Source of the DNA: Trueperaceae bacterium
GTDB lineage: Bacteria; Deinococcota; Deinococci; Deinococcales; Trueperaceae
Reading direction: 5' to 3'
Length of the DNA stretch: 64,000 bases
NCBI GenBank assembly: GCA_965214405.1
Contig: OZ243956.1
Location: forward strand, 4,352,001-4,416,000
The notes beneath the pieces were generated by a model that was not told the DNA's origin, did no database searches, and was given only the letters and a program-made list of their open reading frames with translations. How positions within the stretch are numbered: the first letter of the stretch is position 1; every line of letters begins with the position of its first letter. Position numbers and translations under genes: made by a program. Below are positions 40,018-49,527 of the stretch, piece after piece.

Positions 40018-40329
40018 TCAAAAGCAGCTTCGTTCGTTGGCAAGGTTGGCGTGTAAAGTAACATAGGACTTCCAATAGTCAACGTCGTTATTCTTCCGAA
40101 TGTCCTTATTCACCTCTTGTTGATGGTCAAAGTAGTAGCTTAACGCAACGTGCGCCTGTGCCAAGGTGACGCCCGCAAGACTCATGACGATTTCGTCCAC
40201 CGACAATCCCATCTGATAGTAGCCCGCGACGGCGCGAACCGGGACGCGCGTGCCCTCAATAACGGGAACACCGCGGAGGATGTTCGGGTTCGTCGTGATG
40301 TGGGGGTAAGTGGTTTTGGGAACTGCCAT
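40018..40329 (-). CDS. DUF433 antitoxin-like protein
   Basis: ITTNPNILRGVPVIEGTRVPV..ALSYYFDH; leaderless TATAAT. Confidence 0.85.
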   Translation of the reverse strand: MAVPKTTYPHITTNPNILRGVPVIEGTRVPVRAVAGYYQMGLSVDEIVMSLAGVTLAQAHVALSYYFDHQQEVNKDIRKNNDVDYWKSYVTLHANLANERSCF

Positions 40330-40367
40330 GAACCAATTATAGAGGCTGAGGCTCCCTTAAGGGTTCC

Positions 40368-40697
40368 CTACGGCGCGTAGTTCAGCTTGGCCCACCCCTC
40401 GAGGTCGTCCATCAGTTGATGGCTGGCGAGGTTTAGGGGAATGTTGGACGGCTTACGCCCCACCTCCCGCTCGTACACTTCAGCGAGATGCGCCTTGACA
40501 ATCTTTCGGTACGCTTCGGGCGTCAGGGTTTCTCCCTCGTCGGGATTAGCCCAGCGCGCCTCGAAGCCGCCGCGTTGGGACAGCTCGAGCCCCGCCCGCT
40601 CGAGCGTCACCACCACCCGCCCCAGTGGTAGTTCGACTGTGTGTTCATTAACAGGGTGTTCATTAACAGGGTGTTCAAGCGCCACGTGGCACCTCAC
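40368..40697 (-). CDS. Hypothetical protein with N-terminal EHPVN tandem repeat
   Basis: Co-oriented with the upstream operon; 15-bp tandem repeat near 40640-40677. Confidence 0.5.
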   Translation of the reverse strand: MRCHVALEHPVNEHPVNEHTVELPLGRVVVTLERAGLELSQRGGFEARWANPDEGETLTPEAYRKIVKAHLAEVYEREVGRKPSNIPLNLASHQLMDDLEGWAKLNYAP

Positions 40698-41625
40698 TGA
40701 GAGGCTTTTGCCCCGCCAGCACGCGCCGCACGTCTTCAGCCACGTGCAGCGAGGCGCGGCGGTTCGATTCCTCAGTCACGCCCGCGATGTGCGGGGTGAG
40801 GATGAGGTTGTCCAAATCTTGTAATGGGTCGTTTTCGGGAGGCGGCTCTTTCACCCGCACGTCGAGCGCCGCGCCCGCGAGCCGCCCATTTCGGAGTGCG
40901 TCGGCCAGCGCCGCTTCGTCCACTAAGCCGCCCCGCGCGGTGTTGATGAGAAAAGCGGTGGGCTTCATCCGCGTCAATGCGGCGGCGTCTATCATGTTTT
41001 TCGTGCTCGGCAGGAGCGGCGCGTGGAGCGAGACGAAGTCGGCGCGTTCTAGGAGAGTTTCTAGGGGGGTCAGCTCGAGCCCGTACTCCTGCACCGCAAA
41101 AGAACTTCCGTGAACCACCGGGTCGCTCGCCAAGACGCGCATCCCCAAGGCCTCCGCCCGTTTGGCGAGGCGGCTGCCGATATCGCCCAGCCCGACAATC
41201 CCCAACGTTTTACCGTAAAGTTCCGTGCCTATCGCCGCTTGCCGGTCCCATCTTCCTTGGTGAAGTTCGGCAGACACGCGCGTGAAAGCGCGGGAAAAGG
41301 TCAGCATTACCCCCAGCACGTATTCAGCCACGCTCACCGCGTTCGTGCCGGGTGCCCAGGTCACGGTGATGTTCCGCTCCCTCAAAACGGGTAGCTCTAA
41401 ATTGTCTAACCCAACCCCAATCCGTCCCACGACTTTGAGTTTAGACGCGTTTTTAACCAGCGCCCCGTCCACCCGCGTTTGATTACGAACGACAAGCGCG
41501 TCCGCGTCGTGTAGAAGTTTCGTCAGCGCCGCCCGGTCTTCAAAAAGCCTGGGGTCGTAGTGGAGGCCCAGGGGCTCGAGCCCACCAAGCGCATCTTCAT
41601 GGATATATTCGGAAACGACAATCAT
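40675..41625 (-). CDS. D-2-hydroxyacid dehydrogenase, SerA / (S)-sulfolactate dehydrogenase-like
   Basis: LVVRNQT, GVGLDN, GLGDIG, INTARGG and TPHIAG motifs. Confidence 0.85.
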   Translation of the reverse strand: MIVVSEYIHEDALGGLEPLGLHYDPRLFEDRAALTKLLHDADALVVRNQTRVDGALVKNASKLKVVGRIGVGLDNLELPVLRERNITVTWAPGTNAVSVAEYVLGVMLTFSRAFTRVSAELHQGRWDRQAAIGTELYGKTLGIVGLGDIGSRLAKRAEALGMRVLASDPVVHGSSFAVQEYGLELTPLETLLERADFVSLHAPLLPSTKNMIDAAALTRMKPTAFLINTARGGLVDEAALADALRNGRLAGAALDVRVKEPPPENDPLQDLDNLILTPHIAGVTEESNRRASLHVAEDVRRVLAGQKPLSEVPRGA

Positions 41626-42362
41626 ACGAGGTTCTTGAGAAGAGGCAGCGCGCGTTCGCCCCTGGCGTACGCAACCGTCGCGTCAACGAGCACGTCCGTC
41701 GAATTGATGAGCGGGCAGGGGAGGTCGTTTTCAAAGAGCACCAGCGGCACCTCCGTACAGCCCGCGATGATGGCCTCCGCGCCCCCTTGTAAAAGTTCCT
41801 CAGCAAGCTCCCGCATCGCCTCCCGCACCTCCGGTCCTTTGTCGCCCGCCTTGATGCGGTAGAGGAGCGTCATAAATTTTTCCCTCGCCGCTCCCTCGGG
41901 GACGAGGACGTTAACGCCATGCTCGTTAAAGGCGTTCTGGTAAAGCCCCGCGTCCAGGCAGCCGCTCGAGCCCAGCACCCCCACTTTTTCGACTTCCGGG
42001 AGCACCTGTACCGTCGCCCGCACCGTCTCCTCAATGATGCTCACAAAGGGTACGCCTATAGCGTCGGTGATGGCCCTCTCAAACGCGTGCGCGGCGTTGC
42101 AGACCATCACCAGAAAGTCGGCCCCGGCGCCCTCTAAACCCCGCGCCATCTCGGCCAACATGGGCGCGGGGGAGGGGCCGGTTCCGGCGACCCCCTCGTT
42201 GCGGTTGGGCACAGCGGGGTTGTTGTCAATCAGCAGGCGCAGCCCCTCCTGGTCGGTGTCGGCGCGGGTTTTGGCCAAGACCTTGGCGAAAAAGTCGAGC
42301 GTAGCTTCGGGGCCTAAACCGCCCAGAACGCCGACGGTTTTGGATTCGCTTTGAACATTCAC
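41622..42362 (-). CDS. Asp/Glu racemase family (cysteate racemase-like)
   Basis: GVLGGLGPEAT, CNAAH and GCTEVP (both catalytic Cys present). Confidence 0.88.
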   Translation of the reverse strand: MNVQSESKTVGVLGGLGPEATLDFFAKVLAKTRADTDQEGLRLLIDNNPAVPNRNEGVAGTGPSPAPMLAEMARGLEGAGADFLVMVCNAAHAFERAITDAIGVPFVSIIEETVRATVQVLPEVEKVGVLGSSGCLDAGLYQNAFNEHGVNVLVPEGAAREKFMTLLYRIKAGDKGPEVREAMRELAEELLQGGAEAIIAGCTEVPLVLFENDLPCPLINSTDVLVDATVAYARGERALPLLKNLV

Positions 42363-42375
42363 GCTTCCAGTTTAC

Positions 42376-42765
42376 TCAGTATCGCCGAATAATCATCCCC
42401 ACCGACGGCGACATCCCGAGCTTCTGGTAGAACGCTTGCAGTTCCGGATTGCATGTCAAGTCGGTAGCCGGAAGCCCCTCGAGCCTCGCCAGCATCTTTC
42501 GCACGAGCGTTGAGCCGATGCCCCGCCCTCTGTAGCCGGGCAGCACCTCCAAAAGAGGAATGAACGAGGCTTGAACCCCGTCGGTGAGTGCGGTGATAAA
42601 GCCGACGACTTTGCTAGCGTCCCCGTCCACGGCGAGCACGATATGGTCGCTTCCGTTAAGAATCTCGAGGTGACCCTCCGGCGTTTGCGGGTTGCGCCAC
42701 TCTGAGAAGAAGCCTCGCAGCATCTCGGGCGTGACACCCGCGGCGGTGTCACGGTAGTCAATCAA
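42376..42765 (-). CDS. GNAT family N-acetyltransferase
   Basis: LEVLPGYRGRGIG..FYQKLG. Confidence 0.85.
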   Translation of the reverse strand: MIDYRDTAAGVTPEMLRGFFSEWRNPQTPEGHLEILNGSDHIVLAVDGDASKVVGFITALTDGVQASFIPLLEVLPGYRGRGIGSTLVRKMLARLEGLPATDLTCNPELQAFYQKLGMSPSVGMIIRRY

Positions 42766-42777
42766 CGTACGTAGCCT

Positions 42778-43590
42778 CTAAAACTTTTCCGGCACAAAGG
42801 TCTGACTCTCCATCGGCGGGCGCTCATAATCCTCGTTCTCCTGGCGCGGCGGCAGTTCGATGGGGTCGGGGGTCAGGTCTTCATAAGGAATGGAGGAGAG
42901 GAGGTGGGAGATGCAGTTGAGCCGCGCGCGCTTTTTATTGTCGGCGTCCACCACCCACCAGGGAGCCTCGGGGATGTCGGTAAACTCAAACATCACGTCC
43001 TTGGCCTTGGAGTATTCCACCCAGCGGGCGCGCGACTCCAAGTCCATCGGGCTCAGCTTCCAACGCTTTGTCGGGTCGTCGATACGCGCCTCGAAGCGCT
43101 TTTCCTGCTCCTCATCGCTCACCGAAAACCAGTATTTGATGAGGGTGATGCCGGAGCGGACGAGCATCCTTTCGAACTCGGGGCAGGAGCGCAAGAACTC
43201 CCTATACTGCGCGTCGGTCGCAAAGCCCATCACGTGCTCCACCCCGGCGCGGTTGTACCAGCTCCGGTCAAAAAGGACCATCTCGCCCGCCGCCGGGAGT
43301 TGCGCCACGTAGCGCTGAAAGTACCACTGCGTCTTCTCGCGGTCGGTCGGCGTGCCCAGCGCCACCACCCGGACGATGCGCGGGTTCGTGCTCGAGGTAA
43401 TCCTTTTAATCACCCCGCCCTTGCCCGCCGCGTCGCGGCCCTCAAAAACGACCACGACCTTGAGACCCTGGTCCTTGATCCACTCTTGGAGCTTGACAAG
43501 CTCGAGCTGCATCCGCGCCAACTCTTTTTTGTAGACCTTCTTCTTGAGCTTCGGCTTGTCGGCGTCTTTCGCGTCTTTTGCGTGTGCCAT
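42778..43590 (-). CDS. ppk2: Polyphosphate kinase 2
   Basis: FEGRDAAGKGG, FDRSWYNR and WKLSPMD motifs. Confidence 0.96.
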   Translation of the reverse strand: MAHAKDAKDADKPKLKKKVYKKELARMQLELVKLQEWIKDQGLKVVVVFEGRDAAGKGGVIKRITSSTNPRIVRVVALGTPTDREKTQWYFQRYVAQLPAAGEMVLFDRSWYNRAGVEHVMGFATDAQYREFLRSCPEFERMLVRSGITLIKYWFSVSDEEQEKRFEARIDDPTKRWKLSPMDLESRARWVEYSKAKDVMFEFTDIPEAPWWVVDADNKKRARLNCISHLLSSIPYEDLTPDPIELPPRQENEDYERPPMESQTFVPEKF

Positions 43591-43648
43591 CGTCTCTCCC
43601 TAAGGTGCGTGACAAAGTGTCAAGTTGTGCGAGCGTCCTTAGTTTACC

Positions 43649-44020
43649 TTATGGGCGGGCTCGAGTATCCTCTAAACCGAAGTCAACCAGGTGGGCCAGT
43701 TCAGTCACGCCAAGCGGGACGGTCGACGTCATCAGCCATTCCTCGGTCTCGATATAGAGAGGGTTGAGGTGCTCACGCCGGTGCTGCTGCGCCTCCGCCG
43801 AATCCGGGTCAAGGCGAACTTTTTCCTGAACTTTTTCGTACGCCTCTACACTTTCGTATACCCACAGCGCCAAAAGATGCTCCCCGTCTTCGCTTTGCCA
43901 GCGGCCTACCAGCCGCGCGCCGTAGCGCTGCTGAACGGGGAGGAGGCGCGTTCTGAAAAACTCGTTAAAGGCTTCTCTCTTGTCCGGCGCAACCCGGTAT
44001 TGACGACATCTAAAAATCAT
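43649..44020 (-). CDS. NIPSNAP family protein
   Basis: RQYRV..FNEFF..YGARLVGRW..ALWVYES. Confidence 0.75.
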   Translation of the reverse strand: MIFRCRQYRVAPDKREAFNEFFRTRLLPVQQRYGARLVGRWQSEDGEHLLALWVYESVEAYEKVQEKVRLDPDSAEAQQHRREHLNPLYIETEEWLMTSTVPLGVTELAHLVDFGLEDTRARP

Positions 44021-44022
44021 GG

Positions 44023-45021
44023 CTAGTCCAGCACTGTATCCTGATACGCGTAAAGCGCGGGCGCGCCGCCTGTGTGGATGAACAGAACGTTCTCACCCTC
44101 GCTGAAGTGCCCTTTACGTACCAGGTCGATAAGTCCCGCCGCCGTTTTACCCGTGTAAACGGGGTCTAGGAGAATGCCCTCGAGCCGCGCAAACAGCCGC
44201 ACCGCCTCCACCATGCTCTCAGTTGGGAGAGAATACCCCTCGCCCACGTAATCGTCCAGCACCGTAAACGCCTCACGCGGGACGCCGCCGCGAATGCCCA
44301 AAAGGTCCGCCGTTTCGTTGGCGAGTTTGTGCAGTTTCTCCTCTTGCGGTTCGCGCTTGGCCCGCACGCTAATGCCCGTGACGGGCAGCCCGCTGTTGGT
44401 GCCTGTGAAGCCCGTGACCAGCCCCGCGTGGGTGCCGCCGGAGCCGCTCGAGGCCACCACGTGCTCTAACCGTAAGCCCATCTCAAATGTTTGTTGCAAT
44501 ATCTCTTCCGCGCACGACACGTAACCGAGCGCGCCCAGCGCGTTCGAGCCGCCGCCGGGGATAATGTAGCCCTTACGCCCCTCACCCGCCAGCACCTCCG
44601 CCTCCGCCTGCATCGCGCCCATCAGGTCGGTGCCGCCTTTGACGACGGTGACTTTTTCGGCGCCCAAGAGCTTGAACAAAAAGTTGTTGCCGCTGGCGTT
44701 CGGGTCATACGAGTCAGGCACGCGCTCCTCCAAGACCAGCCTGCACTTGAGGCCCTCTTTAACCGCGGCGGCTAACGTCAAGCGGCAGTGGTTCGACTGC
44801 ACCGCGCCCGTGGTGATGAGCGTGTCCGCCCCCTTTTGGAGCGCGTCGGCGACGAGGAACTCGAGCTTACGCGTCTTGTTCCCCCCTGCCGTTAAGCCCA
44901 GCAGGTCGTCACGTTTGATAAAAAGGTTGGGGCCGCCCAGGTGTCTGGACAGGTGCTCGAGCGGTTCAATGGGCGTAAAGCCGTGGGTGTAGCGGCGGCG
45001 CGGAAAGCGGGCTAGGTGCAT
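44023..45021 (-). CDS. PLP enzyme: D-cysteine desulfhydrase / cysteate sulfo-lyase family
   Basis: IKRDD..GGNKTRKLEF, QSNH, LDPVYTGK and HTGG motifs. Confidence 0.92.
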   Translation of the reverse strand: MHLARFPRRRYTHGFTPIEPLEHLSRHLGGPNLFIKRDDLLGLTAGGNKTRKLEFLVADALQKGADTLITTGAVQSNHCRLTLAAAVKEGLKCRLVLEERVPDSYDPNASGNNFLFKLLGAEKVTVVKGGTDLMGAMQAEAEVLAGEGRKGYIIPGGGSNALGALGYVSCAEEILQQTFEMGLRLEHVVASSGSGGTHAGLVTGFTGTNSGLPVTGISVRAKREPQEEKLHKLANETADLLGIRGGVPREAFTVLDDYVGEGYSLPTESMVEAVRLFARLEGILLDPVYTGKTAAGLIDLVRKGHFSEGENVLFIHTGGAPALYAYQDTVLD

Positions 45022-45107
45022 AAATCATCTCCTGGTCAAAGGGTTTTGTCACCTCCCTTTCTACCAGTGACGCGCATTCCGGTCAACGCTTACGGGATAA
45101 AGACAGG

Positions 45108-45138
45108 TCCCCCTTAACAAGGGGGATTTAGGGGGATC
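45108..45138 (+). repeat. Short dispersed repeat-like element TCCCCCTTAACAAGGGGGATTTAGGGGGATC
   Basis: CCCCCTT-AAC-AAGGGGG hairpin followed by a second G-run. Confidence 0.55.
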
Positions 45139-45161
45139 TACACACCGAGGCGCAAGGGAGT

Positions 45162-45599
45162 CTAGGCTGAAGCGGGCTCCGGCCATAAGTCGCGTAATTC
45201 CAGATTGAGCATCTCGCGCGTTTGCGTCACCTGACCCTGAGTCATCTTTTCGTTGACGGTCTCAAAAACGGCCCTGACGAGCGTTTCCATGTCCGCGTCT
45301 TTCTCGTGGTACCTCTTTTCGACGTGGGCCAAAAAATCTTCTTTGGTGCGGTCTTTGACGGGGTTGTGGCTCGAGTTCCAGCCTTCAAAGTAGAAGCCGC
45401 GCACGAGCATCGGGAGCTGCGCGCCGAACTCGACCGCGTTTTCGACGAGCATCCGGTCGCGCAGCGTCTGGAGCGTGGCGCGGAGCGCGTGGTAGGCGAG
45501 CCTTTTATCGTCCTGGCCCAACTTTTCCGCGACGCTGTTGAGCCATTCGTTGGTCTGCTGAACCGTGGTGTCGAAAACGTCGAGTCCGGTGGTGCTCAT
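45162..45599 (-). CDS. DUF2267 protein
   Basis: FDTTVQQTNEWL..AYHALRATLQTLRDR..AQLPMLVRGFYFEGW. Confidence 0.88.
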   Translation of the reverse strand: MSTTGLDVFDTTVQQTNEWLNSVAEKLGQDDKRLAYHALRATLQTLRDRMLVENAVEFGAQLPMLVRGFYFEGWNSSHNPVKDRTKEDFLAHVEKRYHEKDADMETLVRAVFETVNEKMTQGQVTQTREMLNLELRDLWPEPASA

Positions 45600-45774
45600 G
45601 ATGTCTCCCTTGAGTTTAGATGCCGGTGTTTTGGATGATTGATCAAAGTTCCTGGGCGTTTCTTATAGACAGTTGTAACAGGAGAGGCTCATACGCAACG
45701 TGAGCGGACGCGGGTTTCTCAGCCTTGAATGCCTGTAACGTGACTCTTCAAACGAGAAAGGTATACTCACCAGA

Positions 45775-46173
45775 GTGAACGACGAAAAGGACTCACAACA
45801 AACCCATAGCGCTCGTGACATCGTGTTGGAGCTTTTCCCGGCCACCCACGAGCGGCTGGTGCCCAAGGCGGAGGAGTACAAGCTCGAGACGCGTAGCGAG
45901 GGCGTCCTGGTCATCCGGCACCTGCCCACCGAACGCGAACTGGTGCTCGTACCCATCGCGCCCGCGGGGAACGCGAGCACGCAAGTGTGCTGCGACCTGT
46001 GCAGCCGCAACGCGCCGCGTCACTACATGCAAACCGCCCGCGTGGCGCTACCCGGCTCTAACGGGCGGCGCTTTCGCTACCTCTCGCTCTGCCGCGACAC
46101 CGACGCCTGCGCCGCGCGCCGTTTAGGTGACGAGACCTTGGCGGAAGTGTTGGCAAGCGCGTTTGAAAGTTAG
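45775..46173 (+). CDS. FBP C-terminal treble-clef zinc-finger-like protein
   Basis: CCDLC..LCRDTDAC; leaderless TATACT-N7-GTG. Confidence 0.6.
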   Translation: MNDEKDSQQTHSARDIVLELFPATHERLVPKAEEYKLETRSEGVLVIRHLPTERELVLVPIAPAGNASTQVCCDLCSRNAPRHYMQTARVALPGSNGRRFRYLSLCRDTDACAARRLGDETLAEVLASAFES

Positions 46174-46226
46174 CGCTTGTTGCCCCTCCACGCCCCTTTC
46201 TCCTGCTTTGTAAGTGAGGGTCTGAG

Positions 46227-46979
46227 ATGCCCGATATAAAAGGCGTGGCCGTCGTAACTGGCGGCGGGCAGGGCATCGGGCGGGCTGTCGTCAGGGAGCT
46301 TTTGACGTGCGGGGCCAAGGTTGTCCTCGCTGATGTAGACGCCGAGGCGGGCCGGGAAACCGCCGCCGAGTACCGCGAGCTTGGCGAGGTGCGTTTTGTC
46401 CAGGCGGACGTGTCGCAAGAGGACGAGGTGAGGCGGCTCGTAGGGGAGGCGCTTGCAGTGTTTGGCGGCCTCAGCTTTCTCGTCAATAACGCGGGCATAT
46501 CGGCCAATAAACCCGTTACCGACCTCACCTTGAAAGAGTGGGATTCTGTACTCGGCGTGAACCTGACGGGCGCGTTTCTTCTCTCTAAACATGCAGCGCC
46601 GCATCTCAAAAGGGCGGGGGGCGCGGTCGTCAACATCGCCTCGACGCGGGCGCTTATGTCCGAAAGGGACACGGAAGCCTATTCGGCCTCCAAGGGTGGT
46701 CTGGTCGCCCTGACACACGCGCTGGCGGTCAGTTTAGGCCCCGAGGTGCGCGTCAACGCGGTGAGCCCCGGCTGGATCGAGGTGGGAAGGTGGCGAAAGG
46801 CGTCCGCGCGGCGCACCCCCGAGCATTCCGAGGAGGACCGCGCGCAGCACCCTGTGGGCCGCGTTGGCGTGCCCGAAGACGTGGCGGCGATGGTCGCGTA
46901 CTTGCTCTCCGCAGGCTTTGTCACCGGGCAGAACTTTGTCCTGGACGGCGGTATGACGCGGAAGATGATCTATCGCTAA
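46227..46979 (+). CDS. Short-chain dehydrogenase/reductase
   Basis: TGGGQGIG, NNAG and YSASK motifs. Confidence 0.93.
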   Translation: MPDIKGVAVVTGGGQGIGRAVVRELLTCGAKVVLADVDAEAGRETAAEYRELGEVRFVQADVSQEDEVRRLVGEALAVFGGLSFLVNNAGISANKPVTDLTLKEWDSVLGVNLTGAFLLSKHAAPHLKRAGGAVVNIASTRALMSERDTEAYSASKGGLVALTHALAVSLGPEVRVNAVSPGWIEVGRWRKASARRTPEHSEEDRAQHPVGRVGVPEDVAAMVAYLLSAGFVTGQNFVLDGGMTRKMIYR

Positions 46980-47088
46980 GCCCCGGCCATGTACGCTGCT
47001 CTAAGTCCCCAGAGAAAAGCGCCCCAACCCGCACGCGCCGCATCCAAAAATAAGACTTTTGTGAGAGGGCGCGCGCTACCCTGGCGCT

Positions 47089-47346
47089 ATGAATATCTTA
47101 GACGGTGCCGTGATGCAAGAGGATTGGGGTGCGCTTTCAGCCTTCGAGCTCGAGGCGCTCATCGCGTGTTGCGAGGGTGCCATCTTTATGGGCGTCTCAA
47201 CGCACCAGGACATCATCACCCTCGTTGACGCCGAGGCCGAACTGCAGCGGCGCGAGCGGGAGGCGTTCAGGCACTCTCTACGAACCGAGAGGCAGCTCAA
47301 AGTGTCGGGGACGGGAACCGGCGACAACGGCGTGCTCGCCCCTTAG
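47089..47346 (+). CDS. Hypothetical protein
   Basis: Host-like codon usage; TACCCT-N5-ATG. Confidence 0.45.
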   Translation: MNILDGAVMQEDWGALSAFELEALIACCEGAIFMGVSTHQDIITLVDAEAELQRREREAFRHSLRTERQLKVSGTGTGDNGVLAP

Positions 47347-47585
47347 CGGGCAATACGCTGGTTTGAGGGTGCGGAATCGTGCGAAAAGCCGCCCTCACGA
47401 CATTCACTATATAGAGTCTCGTCACAAAGCCTCGTCCGGCACGCGTGTCAGGTGACGAGACCAGCGTCCATTTGTCTCAGCAGGTCGTGGGGCCAAGGCG
47501 TCAAGGCGTTCACAATCTTTGCGGGCGTCAACAAGCCTTAAAATCGTCCTAACCCGCTCGAGCCCTGGCGCGACAGACATCATGC

Positions 47586-47633
47586 ACCAGAATGCTGTGA
47601 ACCAAAACGCTGTAAACCAGAACGCTATAAACT
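47586..47633 (+). repeat. Three degenerate 15-bp tandem repeats (ACCAGAACGCTGTAA-like) ending in the -10 box
   Basis: Read directly from the sequence. Confidence 0.7.
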
Positions 47634-47638
47634 AGGTC

Positions 47639-48301
47639 ATGCCACTCAAAGACAACTTTTTAACCCGCGCGGTCGAGCAGATGGCGAAGACCGTTGTGAC
47701 CGTCACGACCCTCAAAGAAAGAGCGCAGTTTGACGAGGCCCTGAGTGAGGTGAACCGCGCCTACCGCGCGAACACAGGCTCGGGGCGCGAGATTATCCAC
47801 CTGTTGCCGAGCGAACAGCTCATCGACCTGCTGGGCTCGTCGGGCGTGGTGGACGCCGAAAAGTGTCTGCTCATCGCCGAACTCTTGCGGGTCGAGACGG
47901 AAGTGTTAGAGGCTCGAGACGGCGAGGCCCCGCCCGCGCTGCCCCTCAAGTCGCTCGATTTGCTGCTCGAGGCCCTCCTGGCCGAAGACACGCTCCTACC
48001 CGACTACGCGGCGCGGGTTGAGTTTTTGGAAAAAGCCTTGGAAGATTACAGCCTGCCCCCCGGCACCGAGCGCCGTTTGTTCGAGTTTTACGCCCTACAA
48101 GGCGCCTACGCCGAGGCCGAGGACTGGCTTTTCAGGCTGCTCGAGGGCTCAGGTTCCGACCCCGAACTGCTCGCGCGGGGCCGCCGCTTTTACGGCGCGC
48201 TCCTCGCGCAGTCTGACGAACTTTTAGAACGGGGTGGTCTACCCCGTGACGAGGTCGAGGAGGGGCTGGCGGCGCTCGAGGGGAGAGACGCGCCCGTTTG
48301 A
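47639..48301 (+). CDS. DUF6483-like helical repeat protein
   Basis: DNFLTRAVEQMAK..YAEAEDWLF..LLERGGLPRDEVEEG. Confidence 0.55.
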   Translation: MPLKDNFLTRAVEQMAKTVVTVTTLKERAQFDEALSEVNRAYRANTGSGREIIHLLPSEQLIDLLGSSGVVDAEKCLLIAELLRVETEVLEARDGEAPPALPLKSLDLLLEALLAEDTLLPDYAARVEFLEKALEDYSLPPGTERRLFEFYALQGAYAEAEDWLFRLLEGSGSDPELLARGRRFYGALLAQSDELLERGGLPRDEVEEGLAALEGRDAPV

Positions 48302-48345
48302 ACGCTTGAAGCTCTCCATGCCTGCTCGAGCGTTACACTGGGAGC

Positions 48346-49521
48346 ATGAATCATAACCGCTGGGCCTCCAACCGGGTGCGCGCGATGCCCGAGAGCGTTT
48401 TCAATGTGATGGACCGGGCCAAGCGGGCAGCCGCGGCCAAGGGGCTTTCCCTCATCGACTTGTCCATAGGCTCGTCGGACCTGCTGCCGCCGCAAGTGGC
48501 GTTGGAGGCCCTGCGCGAAGCCACGCACGACCCCGCGACCTACGGCTACTGTCTGCCCTCGCGCACCCTGCCGTTACGCGAGGCGGTGTCACAGTGGTTC
48601 GCGCGGCGCTACAGCCTCCCGCTCGAGCCCGAGACGCAGGTGCTGCCGCTCATTGGCTCTCAAGAAGGCTTCGCCAACCTTCTCTTGGCCGTGACCGACC
48701 CCGGCGACCTCGTCTTGGCACCCGACCCCGGTTACCCGTCCTATTACGGGGCGATTGCGTTGGCGGGGCTCGAGCTCGCCACCATGCCGCTCTTGGCAGA
48801 AAACGACTTTTTGCCCGACCTGAACGTTATTCCCGGGGCAACGGCGGCTCGAGCAGAAGTGATGGTGCTCTCCTACCCGAACAATCCCACCGCGGCGGCG
48901 GCCTCGGACGACTTTTTTCAGGAGGCGGTGGACTGGTGTCTGGCGCACCACGTCCTGCTCGTCCATGATTTTCCTTATGTCGATACCGTCTACGGTGGCT
49001 ACCGCGCGCCCTCGGTGCTGACGCAGCGGGGCGCTCTGGACACGGCGATTGAACTCTACAGTTGTTCGAAAAGCTTTCACATGGGCGGCTTTCGGATGGG
49101 CTGGGCGGCGGGCAACGCCGACGCGGTGGCGGCGCTTGCGCAAGCCAAGAGCGCCATCGACTTCAACCAGTACCTCGGGATGCAGCGGGCGGCCGTCGCC
49201 GCTCTGGACGCGGGCGAGGCGGCGCTGCGGGAGGCGGCGCGCACCTTTGGGGCGCGCCGCGACGCGCTGGTGGGGGCACTGAACGCCGCGGGCCTGCCCA
49301 CGCCTCTCCCCAAGGCCAGCATGTACGTCTGGACGCGCTTGCCCGCGGGACTGGACGACTCTTTCAAGTTCGCGGTATCACTCGCGGAGGAAACGGGCGT
49401 CCTTCTCGCGCCGGGCCGCGCTTTTGGCGAGGAGGGCGAGGGCTACGTGCGTTTCGCCCTCGTGCAGCCGCCTGGCAGGTTGCGGGAGGCCGTGGCGCGG
49501 TTGCGGGCGTTTTTGGATTGA
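48346..49521 (+). CDS. Class I/II PLP aminotransferase (LL-DAP aminotransferase / MtnE-like)
   Basis: GSQEG, SYPNNPT, HDFPY and SCSKSFHMGGFRMG motifs. Confidence 0.9.
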   Translation: MNHNRWASNRVRAMPESVFNVMDRAKRAAAAKGLSLIDLSIGSSDLLPPQVALEALREATHDPATYGYCLPSRTLPLREAVSQWFARRYSLPLEPETQVLPLIGSQEGFANLLLAVTDPGDLVLAPDPGYPSYYGAIALAGLELATMPLLAENDFLPDLNVIPGATAARAEVMVLSYPNNPTAAAASDDFFQEAVDWCLAHHVLLVHDFPYVDTVYGGYRAPSVLTQRGALDTAIELYSCSKSFHMGGFRMGWAAGNADAVAALAQAKSAIDFNQYLGMQRAAVAALDAGEAALREAARTFGARRDALVGALNAAGLPTPLPKASMYVWTRLPAGLDDSFKFAVSLAEETGVLLAPGRAFGEEGEGYVRFALVQPPGRLREAVARLRAFLD

Positions 49522-49527
49522 GAGAGC

